In this document: in pieces, positions 27,433-36,300 of the stretch | Numbering within the stretch: the first letter of the stretch is position 1 | How the letters are laid out: each line of letters opens with the position of its first letter | DNA from: Thermoplasmata archaeon | GTDB lineage: Archaea; Thermoplasmatota; Thermoplasmata; Halarchaeoplasmatales; Halarchaeoplasmataceae | Length of the DNA stretch: 64,000 nucleotides | NCBI GenBank assembly: GCA_046484045.1 | Contig: JAWOBZ010000080.1 | Location: 28,630-92,629 of the forward strand | Direction of reading: 5' to 3' | The notes under the pieces: model-generated | What the model was told of the DNA's origin: nothing | What the model saw: only the letters and a program-made list of their open reading frames with translations | Database searches by the model: none | Program-made: the position numbers and the translations under genes

Positions 27433-27906
27433 CTATAGATTGACTCCTCTCTGTCCCTGATAGTTACCCGATCTTTCGGCGTAGGATTTCTCACTAGATG
27501 CATCCAACTTGTGTAACACCATCTGAGCGAAGGTCTCTCCGATGGGGACTTCTATTTCCTTGTGCGAGTTGAAGGCGCTCAGGGTTAGATTACCCTCGAA
27601 ACCGGCGTCTATCATACCGAAGGATGCTAGGACTCCTTTACGCGCCCAAGTAGTTCTTATCCACAGCTCACCTGCAACATCGGGTGGGAATTTTACGTAC
27701 TCCTTGGTGGAAACAGCGAACCAAGTGTAGCCCGGGATCACCGCTTTACCCTCTCTTTCCGACCTCCTACCTTCGACGGAGATCTCATCTATGGTAAGAT
27801 CATATCCGTTGGGCGTTAGATTCTCCTCTCTGTAGTCCTCGATCACCAGCGTTTTGTCGTCCAGCATCTTGGTTATTTGGGCATCGGATAGTATCATATT
27901 ACTCAC
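27433..27906 (-). CDS. dcd: dCTP deaminase / dUTPase-superfamily enzyme
   Basis: 157 aa with a Dcd-like N-terminus MILSDAQI and the beta-clip motif GMIDAGFEGNLTL. Confidence 0.75.
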   Translation of the reverse strand: MSNMILSDAQITKMLDDKTLVIEDYREENLTPNGYDLTIDEISVEGRRSEREGKAVIPGYTWFAVSTKEYVKFPPDVAGELWIRTTWARKGVLASFGMIDAGFEGNLTLSAFNSHKEIEVPIGETFAQMVLHKLDASSEKSYAERSGNYQGQRGVNL

Positions 27907-27984
27907 CGAGAAACACGGTTATAGGAATCGGTTTTGTGCTAATCGATAAAGCTTATTAACGATGATGATTTAAAGATTTCTCAT

Positions 27985-29535
27985 ATGTTAGATCCGGACT
28001 TTTTGGAAAAATTGAACGTCGAGAAGCTCCTATCCACTGCGAAAAACGGGGACTACGAATCCAAAAAGTTCGCTATCAAAGCGCTTGGTATGTTGAAAGA
28101 GGAAAGAAGTGTCGACATTCTGAGAGAGATCGCTTGGAACAGCGAGTACACCTTGATCAGAGGCAATGCCATCTGGGCGCTTGGTGAGATAGGTAGTACC
28201 GAGGACGCTTCGGATCTAAAACACCTGGCACTCTATGATGTGGATGAAAGTATAAGGATCAGTTCGATAAAGGCACTAGGCTACATCGGTGATAAGTCGG
28301 TCATAAGGGACCTGATCAATCTGGTGGTTCACGACCCGTCTAAAAATGTGCGTTTGGCTGCTGCATGGGCGTGTTCTGAATTGGATCCCGATATGTCTTT
28401 GAAAGAGATAATACCGTGGTTGAAGAAACCGGATGCGGAAGTTAGAGGGTACGCCGCTGAAGCGATGGGTATGATACAAACGGATACTTCTTTAAAATAT
28501 CTCATACGTGCTTTGAAAGATGAGAAAGTGGTCGTTAGACGGGCCGCAGCTAGGTCCCTGGGACAGATCGGCTCTGAAGAGGCGGTTCCCGCCCTGGTCG
28601 AGTGCCTCAACGATGTGGATGATAGGGTGAGAAGGGCTGCGGTCAAATCCATGGGCGAGATAGGTTCTGACCAAGCGGTACCAGATCTGATAGAATCCCT
28701 TCGTAAAAGTGGGGACCGGATATTCAAAGGCATGGTGGTATGGTCTCTTGGAATCATCGGAGATGATAGAGCAGCAAACATTCTAAACGAACTGCTCATC
28801 CACGACGAATATATAATAAGAAAATCGGCCATCTGGGCACTGGGTGAGATATGCTGTACCGATCATATCGAGGGGCTCATCGAGGGGCTCTATGACAAAC
28901 GAGACGATATGAGGAAAGAAGCGGCAGAAGCACTGGGTAAACTCGGTGATCGCAGGGCGGTTTTCGAGCTTCTTCGTGCTCTGAATTATCATGATCCAGG
29001 CGTGAGAAAAGATGCCGCTTATGCCCTGGGTGTGCTCGGGGAAGATATCGCCGTTAAATACTTGAAGGCATTGTTATCGGACCCATCTCCACAGGTCAGA
29101 AAGGAGACTGTGATAGCTCTCGGTAAGATAGGTAACGAATCACCAGTCACCGACCTTATACGTTTGCTCTACTACGATGATCGGCAGTTAAGGCAGTGTG
29201 CCGCCTGGGCTCTTGGCTGCATCGGTGACGAGATGGCGGTCGCGGACCTCGTAACTATATTGAAGGACGAGGGCCCGCATGTAAGGGGTGAGGCGGTAAA
29301 AGCGCTGGGCAAGATCGGTGATCCAGATGCTTTGGAAAATCTGATCGATGTTTTAAGTGACGACAATAGATGGGTAAGAAAATACGCGGTAAGGGCTCTC
29401 GCCGAGATCGGGGGTGAAAAATCGATGATGAGTTTGATAAGAGCATTCAATCAACAACCTCCGTGGCTAATGGACGATATCTTGGAATCCCTCTTTATTT
29501 TAGAAAAGAAACATTATTCAGGGAAGAGAGTGTGA
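27985..29535 (+). CDS. HEAT-repeat (PBS-lyase-type) protein
   Basis: About 16 tandem ~31-aa repeats of the form AxWALGEIGxxxAvxxLixxLxDxdxxVRxxA. Confidence 0.75.
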   Translation: MLDPDFLEKLNVEKLLSTAKNGDYESKKFAIKALGMLKEERSVDILREIAWNSEYTLIRGNAIWALGEIGSTEDASDLKHLALYDVDESIRISSIKALGYIGDKSVIRDLINLVVHDPSKNVRLAAAWACSELDPDMSLKEIIPWLKKPDAEVRGYAAEAMGMIQTDTSLKYLIRALKDEKVVVRRAAARSLGQIGSEEAVPALVECLNDVDDRVRRAAVKSMGEIGSDQAVPDLIESLRKSGDRIFKGMVVWSLGIIGDDRAANILNELLIHDEYIIRKSAIWALGEICCTDHIEGLIEGLYDKRDDMRKEAAEALGKLGDRRAVFELLRALNYHDPGVRKDAAYALGVLGEDIAVKYLKALLSDPSPQVRKETVIALGKIGNESPVTDLIRLLYYDDRQLRQCAAWALGCIGDEMAVADLVTILKDEGPHVRGEAVKALGKIGDPDALENLIDVLSDDNRWVRKYAVRALAEIGGEKSMMSLIRAFNQQPPWLMDDILESLFILEKKHYSGKRV

Positions 29536-29541
29536 TGTCGA

Positions 29542-30489
29542 TTGAAAGTCGTTGACAAAACTAAACCTATAGAGCGATTGAGTTCTAAATACATCACCGT
29601 TCTCGTCTTCTCGATGGTGCTCTGGGGCCTTTCTTTTCCCGCCATCAAATTGGCTCTCGAGGAAGTCGATCCCATAACTCTGGGCTTGATGCGGACCCTT
29701 TTCGGTGCCATCCCGTTCTCTATAGTCGTGTTCAAAAAACTCGGCACCAAGTACGTGTTGAGATCCTTGAAAGAAGACCCTTATCCCTTCACTGCCATCG
29801 CACTCTTTCAATTCTTCTTACCGTTAGCGGCTCAGAACGTCGGTATGAACATGATGGCCCCGGAGACCGCCGCATCACTCAGCTCAATCATCCAAGCAAC
29901 ATCCCCCATATTCGGCCTGTTCTTATCCGCTATGATATTAAAAGAGTACATCGGATTGAAAAAGGCCTTCGGAGCTGCGATAGCCCTGAGTGGAACGATC
30001 TTGTTGGTCACTAGAGGTGGGGTCGTTCTCAGCGGGTCTGATTTCACCGGAAATATGCTTCTTCTAGCCAGCGCGGTTTTCTATTCGATTTCGGGGGTCA
30101 TAACCAAGCAGGCATTGAATAAACACGAGCCCGAGAAGGTGATAACCCTCGCCTTGATCTTATCATCCCTATTCTTCTTGCCAACGGCACTTCTTACCGA
30201 GAATATTCATAATTTAGCTTCCGTATCTGTTTTCAGCTGGACGCTGATGGCTTACCTAGGGATCATATGTACTGGGATAGCTCTTTTCTTATGGTATGTA
30301 GTCTTGAAAAAGAACCAGCTCTCCAAGCAGATACTGTTCACTTACTTGATCCCCCTCTTCGGAACCGGCTTTTCTCACATCTTCCTCGGTGAAAGCATGG
30401 GAGTGAAAACCGCCCTTTTCGGTATTGTCATTATCGCCGGGATATCCATAGCCCAGTACGAAAAAAAACGTGAAGCTGAAGATGGATGA
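29542..30489 (+). CDS. EamA/DMT-superfamily transporter (10 TM)
   Basis: Two EamA-like halves with ~10 hydrophobic helices. Confidence 0.7.
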   Translation: MKVVDKTKPIERLSSKYITVLVFSMVLWGLSFPAIKLALEEVDPITLGLMRTLFGAIPFSIVVFKKLGTKYVLRSLKEDPYPFTAIALFQFFLPLAAQNVGMNMMAPETAASLSSIIQATSPIFGLFLSAMILKEYIGLKKAFGAAIALSGTILLVTRGGVVLSGSDFTGNMLLLASAVFYSISGVITKQALNKHEPEKVITLALILSSLFFLPTALLTENIHNLASVSVFSWTLMAYLGIICTGIALFLWYVVLKKNQLSKQILFTYLIPLFGTGFSHIFLGESMGVKTALFGIVIIAGISIAQYEKKREAEDG

Positions 30490-30648
30490 TCGATGTTATC
30501 TACAGCACGAGTGACCGCAACTGGGACAAAGCCAACATCCTTCACGCGGTTGAAGTTCTTCTCCACATTTAGGGCATTCTATCTCCATGTTAAACGATGA
30601 TCATCAAGATATATAAGTCTAAAATAGGGTGGGTAGGGTGAAAGTAGT

Positions 30649-31977
30649 TTAAGAAACAATTACAACTGAAATGTCGTTGACGTTCGTGTTGCTTTCGAAC
30701 TCGATGGAATCACCCAACTCATCGAAGAAAATCTCAGTTTGATGTTCGTTAAGAGCTTTTTCTGCGTTCAGTGAGGAACGGTATATGGTCATACCATCGG
30801 CTATAGCTCCCGATTTTCCCACCCCATCCACACCGTCTGTATCTATACTTGCCACGACTATGTCCCTTCCTCTTATCTCTTGGGCAAAACTTAGAACGAA
30901 CTCCCTGTTCGGTCCGCCTTTCAACTCTGTATCCATCTTTTTTTTCATCTCCACCGTCATCTCACCACCGATTATCAGTGCCGCCGGTGTTTTTATCGGG
31001 TTGCCGCTTTTCTGTATCTCCACAGCTATACTTGCCAGAGGTTTCGCCACCTCGGTCGCTATACCCTGATTCTCCGATGTCAAAAGCCAGTTGGTAAGGT
31101 TTTTACTTTCTGCAACGGCTTTTACTTTCTGGAGCGCGATCATGTTGCTCCCCACGAGGAAGTTATTCGCTTCGACCCTCTTCGGTGTCTCTTCTATCTC
31201 ACCGCTCTTACCCATGGAAAGATGGACCCTGATAGATTCTGATACTTTATCCCACAAGTCATATCTCTTTATGACCGCCACCGCATCTCCATATGTAGAT
31301 GGATCTGCAACGGTGGGACCGGATGCCACATCGGTCAGCTCATCTCCTACCACGTCGGAGATGATGAGAGAAATTATTTGATTTCCGTCACTGCACAAAT
31401 CAGCTGACCTTCCACCTTTCACCTTGGATAGATGTTTTCTCACCGTGTTGATCTCACTGACGTTGGCACCGCTCTCCAACATCATCTCATTCAGTTCTAT
31501 AATATCTTTGAGTTCGATATCGTCGTGGGGTAACGTGTAGAGTGATGATCCGCCTCCGGATACCAAGAAGATGATAATGCTGTTCTGTGCGGAACTTATC
31601 TTATCGTATATCTCTTTGGAATGTCTAATATTTTCTTCTGAAGGGAGTGGGTGCGTACCGGATCTCACTTCCACGTTTAGATCCCCTGCATCCATGTGTT
31701 TTTTATTGGTGATGATAAGCCCGTCATCTATTTCGAGCTCTGAGAAGGGTTTCGCCATGGGCACGGAGGACTTTCCTATACCGAACAGCAGGATCTTATC
31801 GTAAGAATCTAACTCGAATGTTTCGTCTTTGACTTTTAAAACGTTATCTTCGATGGATATACTATCTTCAACTAATTTCTCTGGATCGGCTCCTTTTACA
31901 CCTGCCATGAGCATCTCGATCGCTATCTCTCGCATCTCCGGAATTTCCATATCACGAGTGGTAATTACAAGTAGCAA
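30649..31977 (-). CDS. Glycerate 2-kinase, MOFRL family (GckA-like)
   Basis: DUF4147/MOFRL-type motifs (IFLVSGGGSSL, IIGGEMTVEM). Length is 442 aa. Confidence 0.7.
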   Translation of the reverse strand: MLLVITTRDMEIPEMREIAIEMLMAGVKGADPEKLVEDSISIEDNVLKVKDETFELDSYDKILLFGIGKSSVPMAKPFSELEIDDGLIITNKKHMDAGDLNVEVRSGTHPLPSEENIRHSKEIYDKISSAQNSIIIFLVSGGGSSLYTLPHDDIELKDIIELNEMMLESGANVSEINTVRKHLSKVKGGRSADLCSDGNQIISLIISDVVGDELTDVASGPTVADPSTYGDAVAVIKRYDLWDKVSESIRVHLSMGKSGEIEETPKRVEANNFLVGSNMIALQKVKAVAESKNLTNWLLTSENQGIATEVAKPLASIAVEIQKSGNPIKTPAALIIGGEMTVEMKKKMDTELKGGPNREFVLSFAQEIRGRDIVVASIDTDGVDGVGKSGAIADGMTIYRSSLNAEKALNEHQTEIFFDELGDSIEFESNTNVNDISVVIVS

Positions 31978-32350
31978 AAATATTTTGTGTTCTTTTATCT
32001 ATCGATGTTGAACGAGCTCGTCCAAAAATCACCGGAGATTTTTCTAAAGCTCTTTAAAATCAAAGATTTCAAACGAGCTTATCAGAAATCAAAGATTTCT
32101 AAATGCTCGTTAAAACAAGTTGAACGAGCTTCACAAAATGCTAACGCATTTTCTTCGCCTGCCAAAACAAGTTTGGCAGACCCGGGGGGATTCTGGTCAC
32201 AATCACTCGCTTTGCTCGTGATTCTAACCGCTCGTGAAGCAAAGCTACACCCCCTGCTCGGAATTGTTCACTAAGTTCACAATTCCAACCGTTCATCTAT
32301 TTTTCCAAAATAGACTCACGAACCCAAGGGTTCTCACCCCCTCACATAAA

Positions 32351-32424
32351 CGAGCTCGGGGGGATTCGAACCCCCGTCCATGGCTCCGAAGGCCATAAGG
32401 ATATCCAGACTACCCTACGAGCCC
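32351..32424 (-). tRNA. tRNA-Arg (anticodon UCG); no encoded CCA
   Basis: The reverse complement folds as GGGCTCG...ATGGC-cTTCGGa-GCCAT...GGGGG-TTCGAAT-CCCCC-CGAGCTC-G. It has a G2:U71 wobble and anticodon TCG. Confidence 0.85.
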
Positions 32425-32640
32425 AGAAATGATATAAATCTATGAAGGGACTCATAACCGTCCATGTATTAATAATTTTAATTTATTATTTTTAATTTAT
32501 GGGATGTTCCACGCTATCTTATACGGACGCTATACATCTAGCCACTGCACTAATGGCTGATTGTGATGTTTTGTATACTGGTGATCCAATTTTTAAAGAT
32601 ATAGATGAGATCGAAAACGTAGTTATCCCATGCTAGTTCA

Positions 32641-33117
32641 TCAAAGCAGCGCCCGGATATCCTCCGCTACCTTATCCAACTGCTCCCTTTCCCTGCGAAT
32701 AAAATGTTTTTTCTTATCGTATTTGAACTCGAAGCCATCTCCCTCGAATCTCGGTACTAGGATGAGGTGATGATGGAAAATCTCCTGACCGGCTTCTTCA
32801 CCGTCAGCTATGAACCAATTTATGCCTTCACTCTTGTAATCCGATCTTATTATGGCATCCGATACTTTTCTAGCGATCTTGGTAATATGAAGGTGGGTTT
32901 CTTCATCCAGATCCTTCAGATAGGGTATGTGCTTTTTAGGTATGACCACCATCTGACCATCGTTAACTGGATAAAGATCCGGGAAGACTATCACTTTGTC
33001 ATCTTCGTATACCAGGCTGACCGGTGATTTCCCTTCTACTATCCTGCAGAACACACATTTAGACTCATCTTCTTTCGTCATGATATCATCAAACTCCTTT
33101 TTGATCACCCAATTCAT
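32641..33117 (-). CDS. HIT-family hydrolase
   Basis: Histidine triad HHHLILVP and an N-terminal CVFCRI nucleotide-binding region. Confidence 0.75.
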   Translation of the reverse strand: MNWVIKKEFDDIMTKEDESKCVFCRIVEGKSPVSLVYEDDKVIVFPDLYPVNDGQMVVIPKKHIPYLKDLDEETHLHITKIARKVSDAIIRSDYKSEGINWFIADGEEAGQEIFHHHLILVPRFEGDGFEFKYDKKKHFIRREREQLDKVAEDIRALL

Positions 33118-33333
33118 GGTATGTCGTCATCCCTCCGTAGATGACCCCAGCTATGCCCATTATGATGATTATGGCGCCTATAATCAAGTTAATAGATCTG
33201 CCCGCCATGGTATCATACCAATTAACTCAAAATATATTAAGTCTCCTAAAAAAATAATGAGTAGCCCCAGGGCGGATTCGAATAAAGATAATATGGGAAA
33301 TTTATATAAATGTGTATGTACATATATGTACCC

Positions 33334-33549
33334 ATGTCAAAGAACATATCTATCTCCGATGATGTATATGAGTGGCTCAAAGAGATGAAGGGTGCCGACA
33401 GCTTTTCATCCATAATCAGAAAATTGGGTAAAGGGGGCAATTTAGAAGACATTAACGGATTGAACATCCTGGAGGACTGGGGTAAGACCAAAAACGAATT
33501 AAAGAAAATGAGCGATAAAGAATGGGAGCGGTTGGAAGATGCTGCTTGA
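33334..33549 (+). CDS. vapB: Putative antitoxin (VapB-like) of the downstream PIN toxin
   Basis: Small (~71 aa) acidic protein whose stop overlaps the vapC start by 11 nt. The internal start at 33334 (MSKNISISDDVYEWL) is preferred over the ORF-track start. Confidence 0.5.
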   Translation: MSKNISISDDVYEWLKEMKGADSFSSIIRKLGKGGNLEDINGLNILEDWGKTKNELKKMSDKEWERLEDAA

Positions 33550-33922
33550 TACTACAGTGATGGTAGACATCGACAGGGGTATAGAAGAGAGAAAGATGGA
33601 TCACCTCATATCTCTATCTCCGCACATAGTTTCATCCGCTACCGTTATGGAGATATCGACCGGGTTCTTCAGATCTGATCGAAAAGCGATATTGTTAGAT
33701 GAGTTCATATCTCCGCTAACTATTATCCCCATCGATCAGAAAGTGGCTAGAAAAGCGGGAAAGATAGCTGCTAACTTGATCGAAAAGGGTAAAAGGATAG
33801 AGATCAACGATCTGTATATAGCTGCCACCGCTCTGTTACATGAAGAAACGATTTTAACTACTGATGTTAAGCATTATAAAAGAATAGAGGGTCTGGAAGT
33901 AGCAAACTGGGGAGATGTGTAG
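33539..33922 (+). CDS. vapC: PIN-domain toxin VapC
   Basis: The first PIN Asp lies in MLLDTTVMVDI. The conserved D/E/D positions fit (LTIIPID, TTDVKHY). Confidence 0.75.
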   Translation: MLLDTTVMVDIDRGIEERKMDHLISLSPHIVSSATVMEISTGFFRSDRKAILLDEFISPLTIIPIDQKVARKAGKIAANLIEKGKRIEINDLYIAATALLHEETILTTDVKHYKRIEGLEVANWGDV

Positions 33923-33934
33923 TGAGTATTACTA

Positions 33935-34387
33935 CTATCGTGGCATAACGATGTATCCTAAGCTCTTAAAATCATCATCAAAAGAAAATATATGTCCGAT
34001 GTCATACTCATCCATATATACCGCCGTACTCCAGTCCACGAAAGATAACTTGTTTTCTTCCCTTTTTAACCTATTCCATACAACTTTAAAATTCAACGAA
34101 GAGAAAGGGTGTATGATGACGTTTGAGTTCAACACCCTCTCTACGATATCCACAGCAGCATCGTAGTTATAATTATAACGAAGAAAGGTATAAGTCTCCT
34201 GTAAAACCATCTCAGACGTGTGTATCGACCCGAAACTGAGTTCGTTCTTTTTATTTCTATCGACAAAGGATCTTGCTTCCTCGTGATGTTTATCTTTTTT
34301 CTCGTTTAAGGCTATCCATGCACTAGTGTCAATAAAAATAGAGGGGTAGTCTCCCGCCATACTTTTACTTCCCGTAAAGTACTTCAT
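33935..34387 (-). CDS. vapC: PIN-domain toxin (second VapC-like)
   Basis: IFIDTSAWIAL is the first PIN motif, and FSFDDDF is the C-terminal acidic motif. An upstream RHH gene overlaps it. Confidence 0.7.
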   Translation of the reverse strand: MKYFTGSKSMAGDYPSIFIDTSAWIALNEKKDKHHEEARSFVDRNKKNELSFGSIHTSEMVLQETYTFLRYNYNYDAAVDIVERVLNSNVIIHPFSSLNFKVVWNRLKREENKLSFVDWSTAVYMDEYDIGHIFSFDDDFKSLGYIVMPR

Positions 34388-34619
34388 CTATTGTAGTATC
34401 TTTTATCTTGGGTTCATCTTCTCTAGGGTTTGAACCGAAGCATGGTGATCTCCAATCTACTTTCTTTTTTTGGACTTCTTTATGAAGCAATTTTCTCAGT
34501 AGAGAGGATATACTCTCATCTTCCTCCTCAGCGATGTTTTTGATAGTTTCAACTTCATCATCTGGAACCTTAGTACTCAATACTTTATCTGACATTGGTA
34601 TGCCAAGGTATACCTCCAT
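34365..34619 (-). CDS. vapB: CopG/RHH-like antitoxin (VapB-like)
   Basis: The 84-aa product has an N-terminal beta strand followed by helices (TKVPDDEVETIKNIAEEEDESISSLLRKLL). It is operonic with the downstream PIN gene. Confidence 0.55.
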   Translation of the reverse strand: MEVYLGIPMSDKVLSTKVPDDEVETIKNIAEEEDESISSLLRKLLHKEVQKKKVDWRSPCFGSNPREDEPKIKDTTIDEVLYGK

Positions 34620-34759
34620 ATAAATATTTTTTCACATCAAATCCTCATATTTTCTTAGCACATATCAAACGCAACAGATTTTAGGCTATTGTAATATCGT
34701 ATAAAATCTGTCCATATATTAAAAACCTAGACAATTATCTATATCTTAGCATTAAAAAG

Positions 34760-34832
34760 TAGCCCCGGGCGGATTCGAACCGCCGTTACGAGGACCAGAA
34801 CCTCGTATGATTGACCACTACACCACGGGGCT
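34760..34832 (-). tRNA. tRNA-Gln (anticodon CUG); no encoded CCA
   Basis: The reverse complement reads AGCCCCG...CGAGG-ttCTGgt-CCTCG...GGCGG-TTCGAAT-CCGCC-CGGGGCT-A. Acceptor, anticodon and T arms form cleanly. Confidence 0.85.
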
Positions 34833-35054
34833 AGTGAACGAAGTGAGCTAGGTCCGTGGAAGGAGGAATCTGTGATTCCTGTGCACCACGGGGAATTTGC
34901 TCTGCAAATTTCCCGAGTTGGTTAGAAGCTCTGCTTCTGACAAACTACGGGGCTTTTTTCTTACTCTCTATTCAGGGCTCTCCGATATCGTAACCCCTTA
35001 AAAATATTATTGGTGCTTATAGCTCGAAAACCAGATTTATATATCCGGAAGTAA

Positions 35055-35270
35055 TTGGTGATTCGATTCACCATGAAGATAACGGAGATGCTCGCCATAG
35101 CTCTATTTGCCACTGGTCTATCTCTAACCGCATGGCTTTTGATCTATTTTATAACCGGTGGGAATAACTCGTTCTTCAGCTCATACTACTCTGCATTGAT
35201 ATTTCCTCCCATCTTCGTAGCTTTGATATTGTTCATCAGATACTTGGCGAGGAAACCAAAAAGGTTATAA
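35055..35270 (+). CDS. Small hypothetical membrane protein (2 TM)
   Basis: The 71-aa product has two hydrophobic segments. Support comes from composition only. Confidence 0.3.
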   Translation: MVIRFTMKITEMLAIALFATGLSLTAWLLIYFITGGNNSFFSSYYSALIFPPIFVALILFIRYLARKPKRL

Positions 35271-35298
35271 TCTTTTTCTTCGAGTGGGTGAAACGTTC

Positions 35299-36300
35299 AT
35301 GAAACTATCGGATTTTGATTACGAACTGGACAAGTCGAAGATAGCCCAGAGACCCATGCGACCCAGGGATGAATCCAAACTCTTCTACCTTAAACGAGGA
35401 GGGCATGAGCACTTGCGATTTCATGATCTACCCGGACTGCTCCAAGAAGGCGACGTTCTGGTGAGAAACAGATCAAAAGTATTCCCGGCACGAGTCAATG
35501 GTAAAAAGGACACGGGAGGAAAGGTCGAGATCCTGTTCTACAGTGAAGTAAAAAAGGGTTGGGAATGCCTCGTTAAAGGCAAGAACATCAAGGAAGGTAG
35601 AGTGCTGGTCGTGGAGGGGGAGACCCTCGAAGTGGTAGAAAATCTGGATGGAGGACATTTTATCTTGAAATCAGACAATATCGAGGAGTTGATCGCCACG
35701 CACGGCGAGATGCCGACGCCACCGTACATAAAAAAAGATCTGGAAGAAATGTCGGAGTACCAGACGATCTACGCAGAAGAAGAAGGTTCCATAGCTGCAC
35801 CCACCGCTGGATTTCATTTTACCCAGGAAGTATTGAATGAGATAAGAGACAAAGGTACGGATATATACGACGTGATACTTCACGTGGGGCCCGGTACATT
35901 CCTCCCGGTGCGAACGGATGATGTTGAAGAGCATGACATGGAGAGAGAATGGTATCGGATACCGGAAGATACCGCAGAAGCGGTCACCAGAGCTAATAAA
36001 GAGGGCAGAAGAGTGGTTTTGGTCGGAACAACGACGGTCAGAGCTATAGAATCCGCGTCGGAGAACGGAGAAGTCAAAGCGGAAGAAGGATGGGCCGACC
36101 TTTTCATATATCCCGGTTATGAATTCCAATCGGGTATGGACCTGCTGCTCACCAATTTCCATTTACCAAAATCCACCCTGATAATGCTGGTGAGCGCCTT
36201 CGTAGGTAGAGAACGTATATTGGACGCTTACAGGGAAGCCGTGGATAAAGACTACAGATTCTACAGCTTCGGGGATGCCATGCTGATCGAGGGGGTATGA
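35299..36300 (+). CDS. queA: S-adenosylmethionine:tRNA ribosyltransferase-isomerase
   Basis: The N-terminus MKLSDFDYELDKSKIAQRP is the canonical QueA start. Its length matches ~340-aa QueA. Its stop overlaps tgt by 4 nt. Confidence 0.8.
   Translation: MKLSDFDYELDKSKIAQRPMRPRDESKLFYLKRGGHEHLRFHDLPGLLQEGDVLVRNRSKVFPARVNGKKDTGGKVEILFYSEVKKGWECLVKGKNIKEGRVLVVEGETLEVVENLDGGHFILKSDNIEELIATHGEMPTPPYIKKDLEEMSEYQTIYAEEEGSIAAPTAGFHFTQEVLNEIRDKGTDIYDVILHVGPGTFLPVRTDDVEEHDMEREWYRIPEDTAEAVTRANKEGRRVVLVGTTTVRAIESASENGEVKAEEGWADLFIYPGYEFQSGMDLLLTNFHLPKSTLIMLVSAFVGRERILDAYREAVDKDYRFYSFGDAMLIEGV

Noticed and set aside
31987-32274. 95-aa ORF in the spacer between glycerate kinase and tRNA-Arg
   Set aside because: It lies in a repetitive, low-complexity non-coding stretch with direct repeats. 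It has no RBS or promoter signals and its composition is unprotein-like.
34864-34945. C/D-box sRNA call for the structured region upstream of tRNA-Gln
   Set aside because: A D box (CUGA) is present, but the candidate C box gugauuc deviates from RUGAUGA at two key positions and no k-turn-forming terminal stem is evident. It is kept only as a generic sRNA candidate.
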